Shown: piece after piece, positions 50,001-63,239 of the stretch | Position numbering within the stretch: the stretch's first letter is position 1 | Layout of the letters: each line of letters opens with the position of its first letter | NCBI GenBank assembly: GCA_030704615.1 | Contig: CM060733.1 | Coordinates: 30,380,001-30,444,000 of the forward strand | Length of the DNA stretch: 64,000 nt | Direction of reading: 5' to 3' | Source: Takakia lepidozioides | Taxonomy: Eukaryota; Plantae; Bryophyta | The notes under the pieces: model-generated | What the model was told of the DNA's origin: nothing | Seen by the model: only the letters and a program-made list of their open reading frames with translations | Databases searched by the model: none | Position numbers and translations under genes: made by a program

Positions 50001-52750
50001 ACAATTCATTTTGAAAGTTTCAAGAGCTTCTGAACTAGTATAATAAGAAGGCCTAGAAAATCTCTGCACAAGCATTTGAGTCGGATTTTACATTTGAGTC
50101 GGATCACAAAATCACCCTTGGAGAGTCCTTAGAAATGGATCAAAGTGGCTTACAGTTGCAGCGTTGCTATGCAGGAAATGGCACTTTGTCACGTGTCGCT
50201 GTTGGGTATTAGCGGGGATGGCTTTGGAGCAACACGCGCCATGAATCTTTGCCGGCTAATCTGGGTGGTGACGAAAATGCATGTGGAAGTCGAGCGGTAC
50301 CCTGCCTGGTAAGGTTTACATTTGTTTTGCATGAAGCATGATTAACTACATGTAAAGTGGTGCTACTTACCACCGCTGCATTACCTAACAGTACTTTATG
50401 CCTTCCCTGCGGGATGGGAGATGTCGAGATTCGTTTGTTTCCAGCCCTCATGTTGTAAAGATATTCTGGTCACTCATTCTCTGCTAGTTAGTAACAATTC
50501 AAAAGCGTTTAAAGCTGTGGGGTTAACGAGTACGACTGTAGCAAAATCTAGAGGCATAAAATTTATCCACATCCGGAGTATATGCTGTGCCCGCCTTGAG
50601 ATCCGGGCACGAGGCAAACCAAATAACTCGACACTCTTATTGTCGAAGATTAAGTAGGCGTGTTTGCTTTGATTGAGAGGTGGACGGCCCTTGTCCATCC
50701 AGCGATTCTGGAGGTTGCCATGAATGGACCACTTTACCCACTTTTGTCAGCCATGGTCATCGCATGCAGCCCGACCCTTTATGTTTCCAGCCTCTGGATA
50801 TTGCGTTGTTGCAGCTTGATTTACGTCATACAGAAGAAGGAGTGGCTTGGTAATATGGACACTGGCAGCTAAGCTTTCTGCTACTATATGATTATTGTGC
50901 AGGCCTGAAGTAGTGGAGATAGACACTTGGGTTGCGAGCGCTGGCAAGAATGGAATGCGACGCGACTGGGTGATGCGGAGCTATCAAACTGGCGAGGTCC
51001 TCGCTCGTGCAACCAGGTACATCATCACGGATCTGATGCTCGTATACTGTAGACGATTCACGTTGACACATATAATTACCAAGTAGTTCTTATCTCCTGC
51101 AAGGCGGTTCTCTGGTTCTTTCTATAGGTTTGTAAAACTTCGCTACTTCAGAACATAAAGTGGAAAACAAAATTGTCACATGTGTATAGAAGTCTGTTGA
51201 CTGGGATTGTGGTTCAAGCTGTATAGCTTATTAATCTGATCTCGACTCATATTGGGCTGTTTGATAATGGATTGTGCAGCACATGGGTGATGATGAACGA
51301 AGACACCCGACGCCTCTCCAAGATCCCTGACGAAGTTAGAGCCGAGATTGAACCATGCTTCATTGAAAACCGCGCGGCTTTTCCTCCGTCCCAAATTTTC
51401 CCGAAGATTGTCAAAGTGACTGACGACACAGCCGACTTCACAAGCTCTAACCTCACTGTAAGACTTTGTCATAATATACCCAACCTCCAATGTCACTGGG
51501 AGCGTCATAGTCTCTCTAATAGACACTGACACTCACGGAACGGTCCTTGCCTTTCTAACTGCAGTGACTTAGAACTCGATCGCATGGTGATGTTAAGAGC
51601 AATTCCTTTGAACTACGCAATCGTTTCTGGCTGTGTACATTGAACGCGGCTCTTATGGTGCATTTTGTTGGCCTGCAGTCTTGGAGAGGAGATTTGGACG
51701 TAAATCAGCATGTGAGCAACCTCAAGTACATCAGCTGGGTACTACAGGTACAATTCGATCCGTCCACACGAACAAAAGAAATCTGCTGCAATTTACAATT
51801 CCACGAGGAAGAAGTTTTGTAGTATATATTTCGCCCTCGGATTTGGTCTTTTACTGGTCCCAAAGATGATAGGTATGTTCAAGATGCTAAAGTTCCAACC
51901 GGGTTAATGTTGCAGAGTGTTCCGCCACGAAAGTTTCAGACTCACGAACTGACTAGCCTGACGCTGGAATACCGACGGGAATGCACCAGCTCTGATGTTG
52001 TGGAGTCCCTCACAAGACCCGAGGCAACAGACACTGCGCCACAAACTGCGGATGCTAACACAAACGGAAATGCTAGGTCTGGTGAGAATTTGCACATGAA
52101 AGGAAGTCACGCAGATGAGGCTATCACGTCCGAGCTCGGAAGGTCTGGAATGGCGGTAGAGACTCTTAGCCAGTTAATTCATTTACTTCGTACTCAGGGA
52201 GAGAATGCCGAAATCGTCCGAGGGCGTACCTGCTGGCGACCAAGGAGCGAACAGCACTGAGCACAAGTTCCCAGCCCTCCACTGCATACTTGCAAAATTG
52301 CTAGATTAGAGGAGACCCTTAGACTCAAGATTAGTGCATGAGAGTCGCCTTCTCAGGCTCTTATTTACAGGGGGCCTCTTGTCCACATCATTCTAGATAG
52401 GCATAGCACTTCCCTCCATTGGGAAACAGTGATCCACCACAATTTTTGATCCAAAAGGACAAGCGGTCAAACGAATTTACAGAGGCTACTGCTCCAGGTG
52501 AGGATGGTTGGAATATTGCAGGATTGAGCCTACCCCGGATCACCCCGGTGCATGCTATGACATACCATGACAAGTGGGTCTGTTGAAGGTTTGGTCAATT
52601 CAGGGCTGAACAGCTTCTGTGCTGCGAACAATTACTCGGACTTATGGATCCGACATGTACATACATTTGTAACATATTAACAATGCTTACGAGGGAACTC
52701 TTGTCTGTATATTTTCAAGCACGTCTCCCTTCAAGAAACGACTGCAGTGT
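47028..52750 (+). repeat. Second copy of a segmental duplication (27468-27890 matches 47028-47400; 29255-33130 matches 48438-52750)
   Basis: Colinear, highly similar upstream, exon, intron and 3' sequences with indels. Confidence 0.92.
49299..52260 (+). CDS. Acyl-ACP thioesterase (FatB-like), copy 2, 464 aa. Exons 49299-49853, 50175-50308, 50903-51016, 51280-51457, 51679-51747, 51916-52260.
   Basis: Same motifs and internal exon lengths (134, 114, 178, 69) as copy 1; intact frame; intron 2 is longer (594 vs 286 bp). Confidence 0.93.
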
Positions 52751-53469
52751 AGTGTGTAAAGACGGAACCCCCATAGTTAATCCCCGCAATCAATCTCATA
52801 GTAATGTTAGAACGTTAAAATCGTGATACAGCTGCAGCGGAAGAGAAAACTCGGGGAAGTACGAAGGTATATAAGGTAACAAGAACAGATCAGACGCACG
52901 TCCCTTTGGAGCTCTGTTGCACAAGGGCTTATATCATATGTAGAAGTGGTGGGACTTATACGGTAATTTCCATTTAAAACTACTTATGTGCATGGGACAT
53001 ATGTATTCCCACTTCCATGCAAGGAACTTTTTAGACTTCGGGGACAAAGTTTGTTAGATGAGAATGAGAGAAATCATCTTGGGAACATCTGAAGAAGTTT
53101 AATTAATAGACATAGTTCGTTCAACAGGAACATTTTCTTATATTTTGGAATTTATAACATAAAATGATAAATCTAAGAATATATGAAATGCTCAATTTAT
53201 AGACAATTTTAATAGATCATATAAACAATTTCAATATATCAAATCTTCAATGTAAATATTTAATCAAATAGGATTCCTTGATTTCAACAGATAAAGATCA
53301 GATGAAATATAATAAGATGGATGAGTCACAAATATCTGATTCCGTGTGATGTGTTATCAGATTTTGATTGGAAGGATACCTTATCTCACTCCACCTTCTC
53401 TCTTATCGAGCTCTAGAATTTCAACTTTTGTATTTTTGTAGCTTTTGGTGATGAGTATAGTAGGACTGT

Positions 53470-56400
53470 AGGCCAGTATTGTGAAGATTAATGGAGACAA
53501 CTTCGTTGTCTGGAAGTTCCAAATGGAGATTATTTTTGCAGCAAAGGAGCTGGAGGAAATCGTGAAAGGGATTGAGAAGAAGAAAGCGCCTCTGATAAGG
53601 TTGCTTGGTGGAAGAAGAACAATCAAGCACGAATGATTATTAGCACAGCGGTTGACATGAATCATCTTCAAATGATGGTTCAGTGTACGACTGCGCACGA
53701 GATATGGACCAAATTGGTGTCAACTCATGAGCAGCATTCTTCCGAATGTGTACATGCTTCAATACCAATTTTACGAGTACAAATTCCAACGGGGAGATAG
53801 TATAGCTGTGCATGTCTCCAAGATTGAGCACATGGCTAGACAATTAAATAATCTTGGTGAGCAATTTTCTGAGAAGACAATTATTAGCAAGACTATATGT
53901 AGTTTGCCGCCGAGTTACAGACATGTGCTGTCAGCATGTACCAGAAGGAGAGAAGACAATGCAGAATCTCAATGTAAGATTATTGGAGGAAGAATGCCTA
54001 AACAGGATACAAGGTATCTCTGAACATGAAGGAGAGAAGGCATTTTTTAGCAGATCTGGCCCGGATAGACAAAAAGAAAAGGTCAAGGAGGACTCTGATT
54101 ACATCAAGAAACTCAAAAGTGAAACGGAGTGTCACAATTGTGGCAAGTGCGGCCATTGGGCCAGAGAATGCAATGAGCCTAAGAAACCTCGCAAAGGTCA
54201 CAAGACTGATGCAAGGATGAAGAGCGAAGCGAAGTTTATAGTGAGTGATCATTCACATGCAGATGATAGCAAACATAGACATCAAGATAGCTCATATGTA
54301 GCACTAATGGTTTACTCTTCAGTGAGAGAATTTCAGGCAGAGTCAAAAGAGTTTTTCTCTAACAAAGATGATAAAGAGACTTGGTATGCAGATGTTGGTG
54401 CATCAGAGCATTTGACTGATCGTCGAGAGTTATTTGTCAACTTCAAGGCGATAGAGAAGAAAACTTGGCTAGTCATGATAGCCAACAGTTAATGTCTGTG
54501 GGCAAAGGGAAAGGGAGATGTCCATTTTAAGATATATATTGATGGTGAAAGTCTAGAGGGGACTATGAAGGGAGTTTTATATGTTCCAGAATTGAGAGCG
54601 AACCTATTCTCAATAGGACAGGCAGCAGACCAGAAAGGAGAAGTTGTATAAGCTTAATATCAGTGCCCTGAATGCAAGCATGTCAACAGCTAATGCAGCA
54701 TCCACGTCAACAGAGTATCATAACGGTGATATTGAGGGAGATAGTCACAATCCACTGATACCAGTTGGGAATGCGAAGTTGTGGCATCATCGATTATGTC
54801 ACATGAACAATCGATCGATCAGGAAGACAGCCTCTGTAGTAAAGGGAATGACCATCATAGGAGGTGATAATGCCAATGAACTTTGCTCCGGATCATCTAC
54901 GGAAAGCAACACCAATCTAGCTTCCCTGCCAAATTAGACAAGGAACGGTCATCAGATGTTGGGGCATTCTTCCACGCAGATCTTTGTGGACTGATGAGCG
55001 TAGATTCCCTGGAAGGTATGAGATATTATATTCTATTCAGGGATGACCAGAGCGGCTACATGTATGTTTATTTTATCCAGCATAAGTCATAAGCCTTTGA
55101 ATGTTATAGAGAGCTTGAACATGAGGTTCAGAGAGATGCTCAGACAAGAATTGACAAGTTACGAACTGACTGGGGAGGAGAGTTTGTTAGTAGTGAGTTT
55201 CAGACCTACTTGAATAACAAGGGTGTTCGACATGAACATTCAGCCCCTTACACACCAGAACAAAATGGATATATTGAGAGAGAAAATCGAACCATTATGG
55301 AGGCAGTGAGAAGTATGATACACTCGCGAGAGTTGCATAAATCTCTTTGGGCAGAGGCAGTTAGTACAGTTGTTCATGTACTTAATAGATCGATTAACAA
55401 GAGACTTGGAGATAAGACTCCATTCGAGATTATCCACAAGAAGATACCAGATGTGTCTTATTTCCGTGTTTTCGGATGTATAGCATACAAACACATTCCC
55501 AAACAGTTTCGAACCAAGCTAGATGCTAAGAGTGAGAAGCATATCTTTGTCAGATACAACAAGGAGAGCAAAGCCTAGCGACTTTGGACTCCAAGGACTA
55601 AGCATATTGACATCAGTATAGACGTTATTTTTGACGAGTCGTTTGATGTCATAAGCACAGAGAAGTCAACGCCAGAGCAGATCGTGGTCATCCAGACCAC
55701 AGTGGAGGACGAGAATATTCCAATTCAAGAAGTACCTGCAGGATCAAAGAACTTTGTTTCTGAAGACAAAGTCCTACATCTTCTCAAGCTGATTACAACA
55801 GCGACAATGCCAACAATTTCACCGCAACGTCACAGGATTTGGAAAATTCAGAAGAGCATCTACGTGAGATAGTTGATGCTCCTAGAATGAGGTGACAATC
55901 AACACGGTTTTGGTGAATGGGATATGAGCAGAACGCGGAAGCATTCATCTCAGGCATGTCTTGCTTCGGATGATGATGCGATCATCGAACCATTATCTTA
56001 CAAAGAAGCTATGAGATCTCCGCAGGTAGAAGCGTGGAGGAAAGCTATGCAGGAAGATATTGATTCTCTAATTTACAATAAGACATGGAATAGAAAATAG
56101 TTGGCATATGAGCAGGAAGGTTGTTTAGATAATCTTCGGAGTGATTGTATGTATCTGCCAATTTAAACTGTATGTGTCAAAACCTGGATGATGGATATTG
56201 ATTAAACCGCATTCAACCAATAATTCACATATATGAATATATGTGTTTCTCTAAAATATTCAACTATCTATCTACAGCTTGCACCCAGGACGAAGTAAAT
56301 AGATGTGTGGATAGTGCAAAAGCTGCACAAAAACTTTGGGCTAAGACTCCTTTGTGGAAGAGAGCCGAAGCACTTCACAGAGCTGCGGCAATTCTAAAAG

Positions 56401-59025
56401 ACCAAAAGGCTCCTATTGCAGATTGTCTGGTCAAAGAAGTCGCAAAGTGTCTAAAAGATGCAATAACTGAGGTAATATATGCTATTCAACATTCTCTTGC
56501 TATGAAATATGTAGGATCATCATTTCTCTAACTTCATTTGACCCAACATATATTTTTTAAAATATACTATGATTTAACGACCCACAGGCAAGGAATAATT
56601 AGTCATTGAATTTTACCACAATTTTTGTTGATTACCACTATAATCAAACTTAGAGTTGTCATGGTCTGCTAATACGAGAGCTATAAATTATCTGTGCCAT
56701 ATGAACAGGTGGTACGGTCGGGTGATCTTATATCTTATACAGCAGAGGAAGGAATCAGAATTCTATCAGAAGGAAAGTTCATGGTTCCCGACTGCTTTCC
56801 AGGAAATGAGAGAAACAAATTATGTTTTGCATCCAAGGTAAGAATACGAAATTGATAAATAATCTTTTGTATCCTACTTGGACCACATCACTTTCTAAAG
56901 TTGTTATATACATGTACATTTGTTGACTATGGTCGTAGGATAGATGTGGGGGGATTTTGCTTTGCACACGTGTACTTCATTCAACAAAATCAAGTTATAT
57001 GTATCAAGATTTTCATCTTGAATTGTGTCTCTAGATTCCGTTGGGAGTGGGTTTTGGCGATTCCTCCATTCAACTACCCCGTTAATCTGGCTGTGTCCAA
57101 AATTGGTCCAGCACTTATTGCAGGAAATGCAGTCGTTCTCAAGCCTCCAACTCAGGTATTCTATACTCTATATCTCATGTATACTCTAGTGCTAACCTAC
57201 TTGAGTTTGAACATTCATTGAATTAAGAGGTTACCTTCTTTTGGTGTATTGTTGAGAGTGATAATGCATACCTGTTTCAAATGATAGTCATGGACAAGCT
57301 AGAATTGAACTTTAAATTATAATTAAAGAGAAAATCCATGAAATTATTGTTGCACAACTATCTTATATTTGCTAGTAGACTTCGTACCAAGACAAAGTTA
57401 TTGACATTTCATAACATCAGTGTGGAGCTAGATGACCATTATGGGAAAAACATATGAATGGTTTATGTTGCGAAATATAATATCGTATTGGAAACAATTA
57501 GTACATTAGGAATTGAACAATCAACGGGGAGTCTTCTCTTGGTTTTTGGAACATCTTCATTATTAGTCCAGAATCCATACTCTTTATTTATTCGCAAGCA
57601 ATGATTCGACTATCGCTTGAATAATACTTTTGAGTGTTCCCTCATTTCTGGTGCAGGGGGCTGTGTCTTGCCAAAGGGTTTTCGCAAAAGGCAGGAATCG
57701 ATTTTGACGAGATATATTTTCCTGTCATCCAGCAAGATTCTATTCGAGTTTTTTTTGCAATAGCTACCTCTCAAGACATAGAGATGGAGCAGTTTGACCT
57801 TAAAACGGCATTCTTGAATGGGGACCTCATGGAAGAAATCTTCATGTAGCAGCCAGAAAGATTCATCGATGAAGGAAAGAAACAATGCGTTTGTCTGCTA
57901 AAGAAGAGTCTATATGGATTACGGCAGGCTGCCAGACAGTGGAATCAAAAATTCCATGGATTCTTGGTAAAATACAATCTTATCCCAAGCACCGCAGATC
58001 CGTGTGTGTATACAGCAGTGAACAGCAGCAGGTTTGTGGAAACCATTCTTGGAATTTGGGTGGACGATGGAATCCCGTGCTCGGCAAACCGTCTAAAAGA
58101 CATACTTGCATACTTGAGACAAATTTTCCAAGTTGTTGAAGGAGACGTGGGATACTATATGGGATGGGAGATCCATAGATACAGAGGAGTTCATCAGATT
58201 TTTCTGTCCCAACAGAGATATGTGGAAGAGATCTTCAAGAGGTTCAATATGCATGACTCTAACTCAGTCAGTACTCCCGTAGACCCACATGTTCAACTCA
58301 GTCTCTACGCAGAAGACTATGATGAAGAAGATCTTCAAGTGCCATATAAAGAGGTTATTGGGTGCTTGATGTATGCATCCATGTTGACAAGACCTGACAT
58401 CACTTATGCAGTCAACAATGCAGCGAAGTATTCCAACAAGCCCAAGAAAATCCACTGGACTGTTGTCAAGCGGATATTTAGGTATCTGAAAGGTACCAGT
58501 GATTATGGTTTGCTTTATGGAGGAAAAATTGATTCCACCATCCTCGTGGGGTACTGTGATGCACATTATGCAAGGGATCCAGATAACCGGCTCTCTCGAA
58601 CTGGTTTTGTTTTCTTCCTTGGACCATCCATGATTGCGTGGAGTAGTCATAACCAGAAATGCACAGCAATATCGACTATTGAAGCAGAGTATATTGTTGC
58701 TTGTGGGGCTACCTGGCAAACAATATGGCTTCGTTGATTTTTGCTGAACATTGGCTTTTCACAGTTGAAGCCGACAGTGTTGTACGGGGACAACCAGAGT
58801 GCCATCAAGCTTGTCAAAAACCCTGAACGTGGGAAGAGGACAAAACACGTTGATATCCAATATCATTTCATATGAGAGAAGTATCGCAACAATGAGATCA
58901 CCATTTCATATGTGCATACTAATGAGCAAGTAGCTGACATCATGACCAAGGCAATTTCTAGAGAGAAATTTTGCTTATTTCGCAAGATGATGGGCATGGT
59001 CTCTTTCATTGATAACAAACAGTAG
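53470..59025 (+). mobile_element. Degenerate Ty1/copia internal region (gag, protease, integrase, RT, RNase H) interrupted by a GAPN fragment
   Basis: INGDNFVVWKFQME, CHNCGKCGHWAREC, WYADVGASEH, WHHRLCH, FHADLCG, TPEQNGYIERENRT, WVDDG, YCDAHYA, DNQSAIKLVKNP; frameshifts and stops; LTRs not identified. Confidence 0.9.
56278..57671 (+). pseudogene. GAPN: Intron-containing fragment of non-phosphorylating NADP-GAPDH (ALDH11). Exons 56278-56471, 56709-56837, 57035-57155, 57657-57671.
   Basis: ACTQDEVN...[64 protein letters not shown]|GAVSC. The third exon has a +1 frameshift; no 5' or 3' part of the gene is present. Confidence 0.9.
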
Positions 59026-59339
59026 AAGAATAGTTGTTACATTGCTACTGCATCGCGTCTAGAAGCTCTCTAACACTACTCGGCTAGTCTGAGAAGAAAA
59101 AGATCAACTACCCGTCGGAGTCAAGAACCAAGAACTCATTCTAAACCCTGCAGAGAAGATGAGCGGGAACCCAAGGTGCCACGTGGTTGCATGTCTAGTA
59201 GTTTCAATGAACGAACTGATTAATCATTACGGTACTCAAATGATCTAACACTCCCACTCGTTAACTGAAACATGTAAACAAGGAGTCAAAGAAATTCCTA
59301 GGAAAAATCAACATCAAATTCCCGTCCCGGTTAAATGAT

Positions 59340-60160
59340 TTCATCGTAGGTTCCATTGATTTGCCTGAGGAACCAAAATCTTACCAAGAAGCCATAGATG
59401 AACGATGGCGAGAGGCCATAAACTCTGAATGGATTCTATCTATTAGAATAAAGCTTGGGAGCTAGTCGAATTGCCACCTGGAAACGTCCTACAATAGGGA
59501 AATGGGTGTTCAAATTTAAAACTGACACAACAAGGAAACCCCAAAAATACAAAGCAAGGTTAGTTGCACGTGGTTTCAAGCAACAAGAAGGTGTGGACTA
59601 TGAAGAGATCACCTTTGCCCCTGTGGTGAAATGGGGTTCTATTAGGTCAGTTGTTGCTCTAGCAACACGTCATTGTTGGGACATATGCAAGTTAGATGTC
59701 AAAACTACTTTCTTGAGTGATTACTTGGAGGAAGAAGTCTTTATGACCACTGGGCTTTGAAGAGAAAGAGAAAGAGACCCTAGTTTGAAGGCTTCTCAAA
59801 TCTTTGTATGGCTTGAAATAAGCTCCGCGAGCCTGGAACAAAAAAATGGATGGGTTTCTCAAACAACAAAAGATGAAGAGGCCGGCAAACTCGGACTACA
59901 TTTTATTTTTATTTTTTATCGAAGACGGCCTCATTATATGTACTCCTGCTCTATGTTGACGACCTGTTCTTGACTGACAGTCATACTCGTAGAATAAATC
60001 AACTTAAGCAAGAGCTAAAATCCGGATTTGAGATGTCGGATTTATGGAGCCTTGGGCACTATGTCGTTGTATTACTTTGCCAAAAGGAATATTTATGACG
60101 CGACGAGCTTATATTGAAGCTATGCTTCAACAATTCGGCATGGAGGCCTGTAATCCAACC
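59340..60160 (+). pseudogene. Degenerate copia RT fragment
   Basis: EEPKSYQEA, KWVFK.K, KYKARLVARGFKQQEGVDYEE, LDVKTTFL, YVDDL; frameshifted. Confidence 0.85.
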
Positions 60161-60163
60161 TAA

Positions 60164-62510
60164 GGCCGGGTTTAGACATAGGCCATGATATGAGTGACCA
60201 AAATCGTTTTGGCCGCTCATCTCAGGCGCTCGTTGGGATGACGTGACAGGCTGAAACGAAACGTGTATAAAGTGTTGACAGGCTAAAATGCTTTAGCCAA
60301 CAATTCTCTATTTTCGCCGGCTCCACGGTTTTGCTTGATGCTATCTTTCTTCTGTGTCTCTTCTATACTCATCGCAGCTATGGATGACAAACACAGACTC
60401 TTGGTTGCAATGAGCACTATCATGGTGCTACAGCTCATCATTAAACATGTTTTAAGGATTCAAGCAATGGCTCTGCAGCAACATTTTAATACTATGACCA
60501 CTGTCGCATGTCTTTTGGAATTAATTAGTCATGGAGGTGTTCAATGGATGTCTCGACATCGGTCTCTCGGGATGCACAGCAGATTAGAAGGCTTCATGGG
60601 TAGGCAGCTGCTCGGAAGCTATACAGAGAAAATGTTCAAGAAGCTCGATGCAGAGTGAGCATTGAGACGTTCCACTACATCTGTTATACAAAAGCAAGAT
60701 ACACCAACGCGCAAGGCAATTCCTGTGGAAAGTAGAGTGGCTGTCGTTCTTTCAAGAATTGCCACTGGAAATTCATTGGAGATGGTGGGAAAGATTTATG
60801 GTTAGCGGGGAGTACAACATCAATAGTAGTGCGAGACTTTTGCCGAGTGGTAAATACAAACCTAAAACCTCTCTATATGAGACATCCCAGTATTGCTAGA
60901 TTGAAAAACATGGCAGATCAATTTGAAATACTCTATGGAATCCTTAATATTATTGGAGCGATAGATGGGAGCCATATACCTATCATGGCTGCCTGTAACA
61001 GTCCTGATGATTAAAGGATTTTATTCTTGTTTGTTACATAGTGTAGTGGATGCAAACTGCATTTTTTGGGACTATGAATTTGGTTGGGCATGATCGTTAC
61101 ACGATTGGACTTTGTTCCAATGCACAGAGATTGGGAAGAAAAGCATGAGAGGAAAATATTTGTCTTTCAAATTGATTGGTGATTGTGCTTATCCAGGCAA
61201 ACCTTGGATATATATTTCTTTCAAAGGAAGAATATATGGACTATCAAATGAAGAAGCTAATTGGAAAAATTATCCAGTCTAGCACCAGAATGAATGTAGA
61301 ACATGCATTTGGCATATTAAAAGGACAATGGTAGATTTTGATGAAACGGATAAACATACCGCTTAGGCATTTTGCACCTTTAGTATCTTGTCGTATAATC
61401 TTACACAACATGTGTCTAGTGCACAATGATACTTTTGTTATGGGATGGTTGAAGAGGCGGAGAGAGACCTCAATGATGAAGTGACAATTTTTGTGGAGCA
61501 ACAAAAGACCAAGAAACAAGCATTGTTGGAGCTCCAAACATGGCATCTATCTCAAGCACAAAGAGAAGCCTATGCACAGTTGCAACAGGAAGGTGAAACT
61601 TTGGTAGTACATCTCCATATTTCTAAGGAAGAAACTGCAGATGAATTACAACATGAAGCAATGGAAATTATACGGTTATTACCAATGTCACTATTCAAAA
61701 GCAAAATTCCTCGGACTAGAATGCCCACGAGATGCAGTTCTGAAAGCTCTACAAGATCTGATCATATTGGAACCAGTAGTGATGAAGAGATGGTGGATGT
61801 AGCTGGAGATTACACTAACTGTTGAGAGGACCTCTTAGTATTTAAATACCATTGTTGTGCATACTATGGTGTGAACAATTGTTGTATGATCCAATATCGA
61901 TCCAGTTTATCAATGACAACATTTAGTCTCTTCCATATGTATATGAAAGTGTCACTCTAATGCTAGTTGAATTCTTTTCTATGTCAATGTAATTGAAGAT
62001 GCATGGTTATTCAAAGTCTTCACATTTCTTTTCTTCCTAGGCTTTGACTTAGGAAGTGACACTCCAACCACCTCAGAAATATCTTCCAAGTCGGAAGAAA
62101 GAGGAGTGGCTGGAGATCGCTTTGACCCCTTTTTCTTGGGCTTAGGAAGCTGAGGGAGTTCGGGCAATTCAGTAAGATTTGCTTCCATATCATGGTGGAC
62201 AGAAGTGGTTACAACTCTTAGAGAGCCTCTCGGGGGCAGAAGCAGGATAGTGCGCCGCTCCAGTAGGTTGAGACTCCAAAACAAAAAGGGCTGGGACCCT
62301 TCTTACAATGCTTCTTAACAGGTTCTGCAATAATTTCATCAAAATTATCACCATCTTCAACAGAACGGGTCCCATTTTGAATGGTTTGAAGCAAAATGAC
62401 CTCCTAGCAAACATGGGCTCAGATTGCCGCTCAGAGGCAGGAGCGGCAAAGGCTGTCTTTTTTTTAGGTTTGAAGTTACCACTGGATTTTGTACTGCCTA
62501 GTTGGTAGGT
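60164..62510 (+). mobile_element. PIF/Harbinger element remnant: transposase pseudogene ~60380-61825 and a convergent basic ORF fragment
   Basis: Begins GGCCGGGTTTAGAC immediately after TAA, where the RT fragment ends. RKAIPVESRVAV, IIGAIDGSHIPI, SLHD, LIGDCAYP, VEHAFGILK, ILHN; stops and frameshifts; right end not found. Confidence 0.82.
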
Positions 62511-63239
62511 ACCATTGCCACTATCACGAGACTAACACTGTTGCTAGCATGGTAACCGCGTAGGATTTAGTGCTAGTTACCACCTATAAATATGAACACA
62601 GTGAAAAAAAAACTATCGTTGCAACCACCCTCGTGCCACTCAGTTACCAATAGGTGTGCACGGTCCCTTAGTTATGAAACTCGAATAAGTCTTTCCTCAT
62701 AGCAAACTCATCCATATATAAGTTATGTCTATTATCATTTATCCTAATTTTTCTTAAGATAATTTTTGGACTGAAGCATGGTACAAGCCGTTGAAGTACA
62801 AAGAACCAAACTTGAGCCCCTCAAATAAGGCGGAATTTGAGTAATGATTATATATTACAATTGTTATTAAGGCAACTTCCCAATCTTTTGTACCTTGATA
62901 ATTACATCTTATTATTGTTATTAAGGTATAACAAGCCAACTCCCCTATCTTAATTTGAAAAGCTATTGGTTGAGGATAAGTTTGAAGTTTCCAAAGCTGT
63001 ATGTGTGAAGTCGCACTGGAAAAGTCAGTTTAGCAGAATGTAATTGTAAGTAAACCCTCCCATTCTTTCAAACTAAAATGTTGCAGCGATCTGACTAGAT
63101 CAAGGTACCTACTCATGAACAGAAGACATCCCTTGTAATATGATAGTTTGCAGTGCAAATTTGGAAGTGCAACTCTTCGAAGTTTGACTTAGAGATCAGT
63201 GAGACTACTGCTTTCCTGCTTTTCTGAAATAATCAGGTT

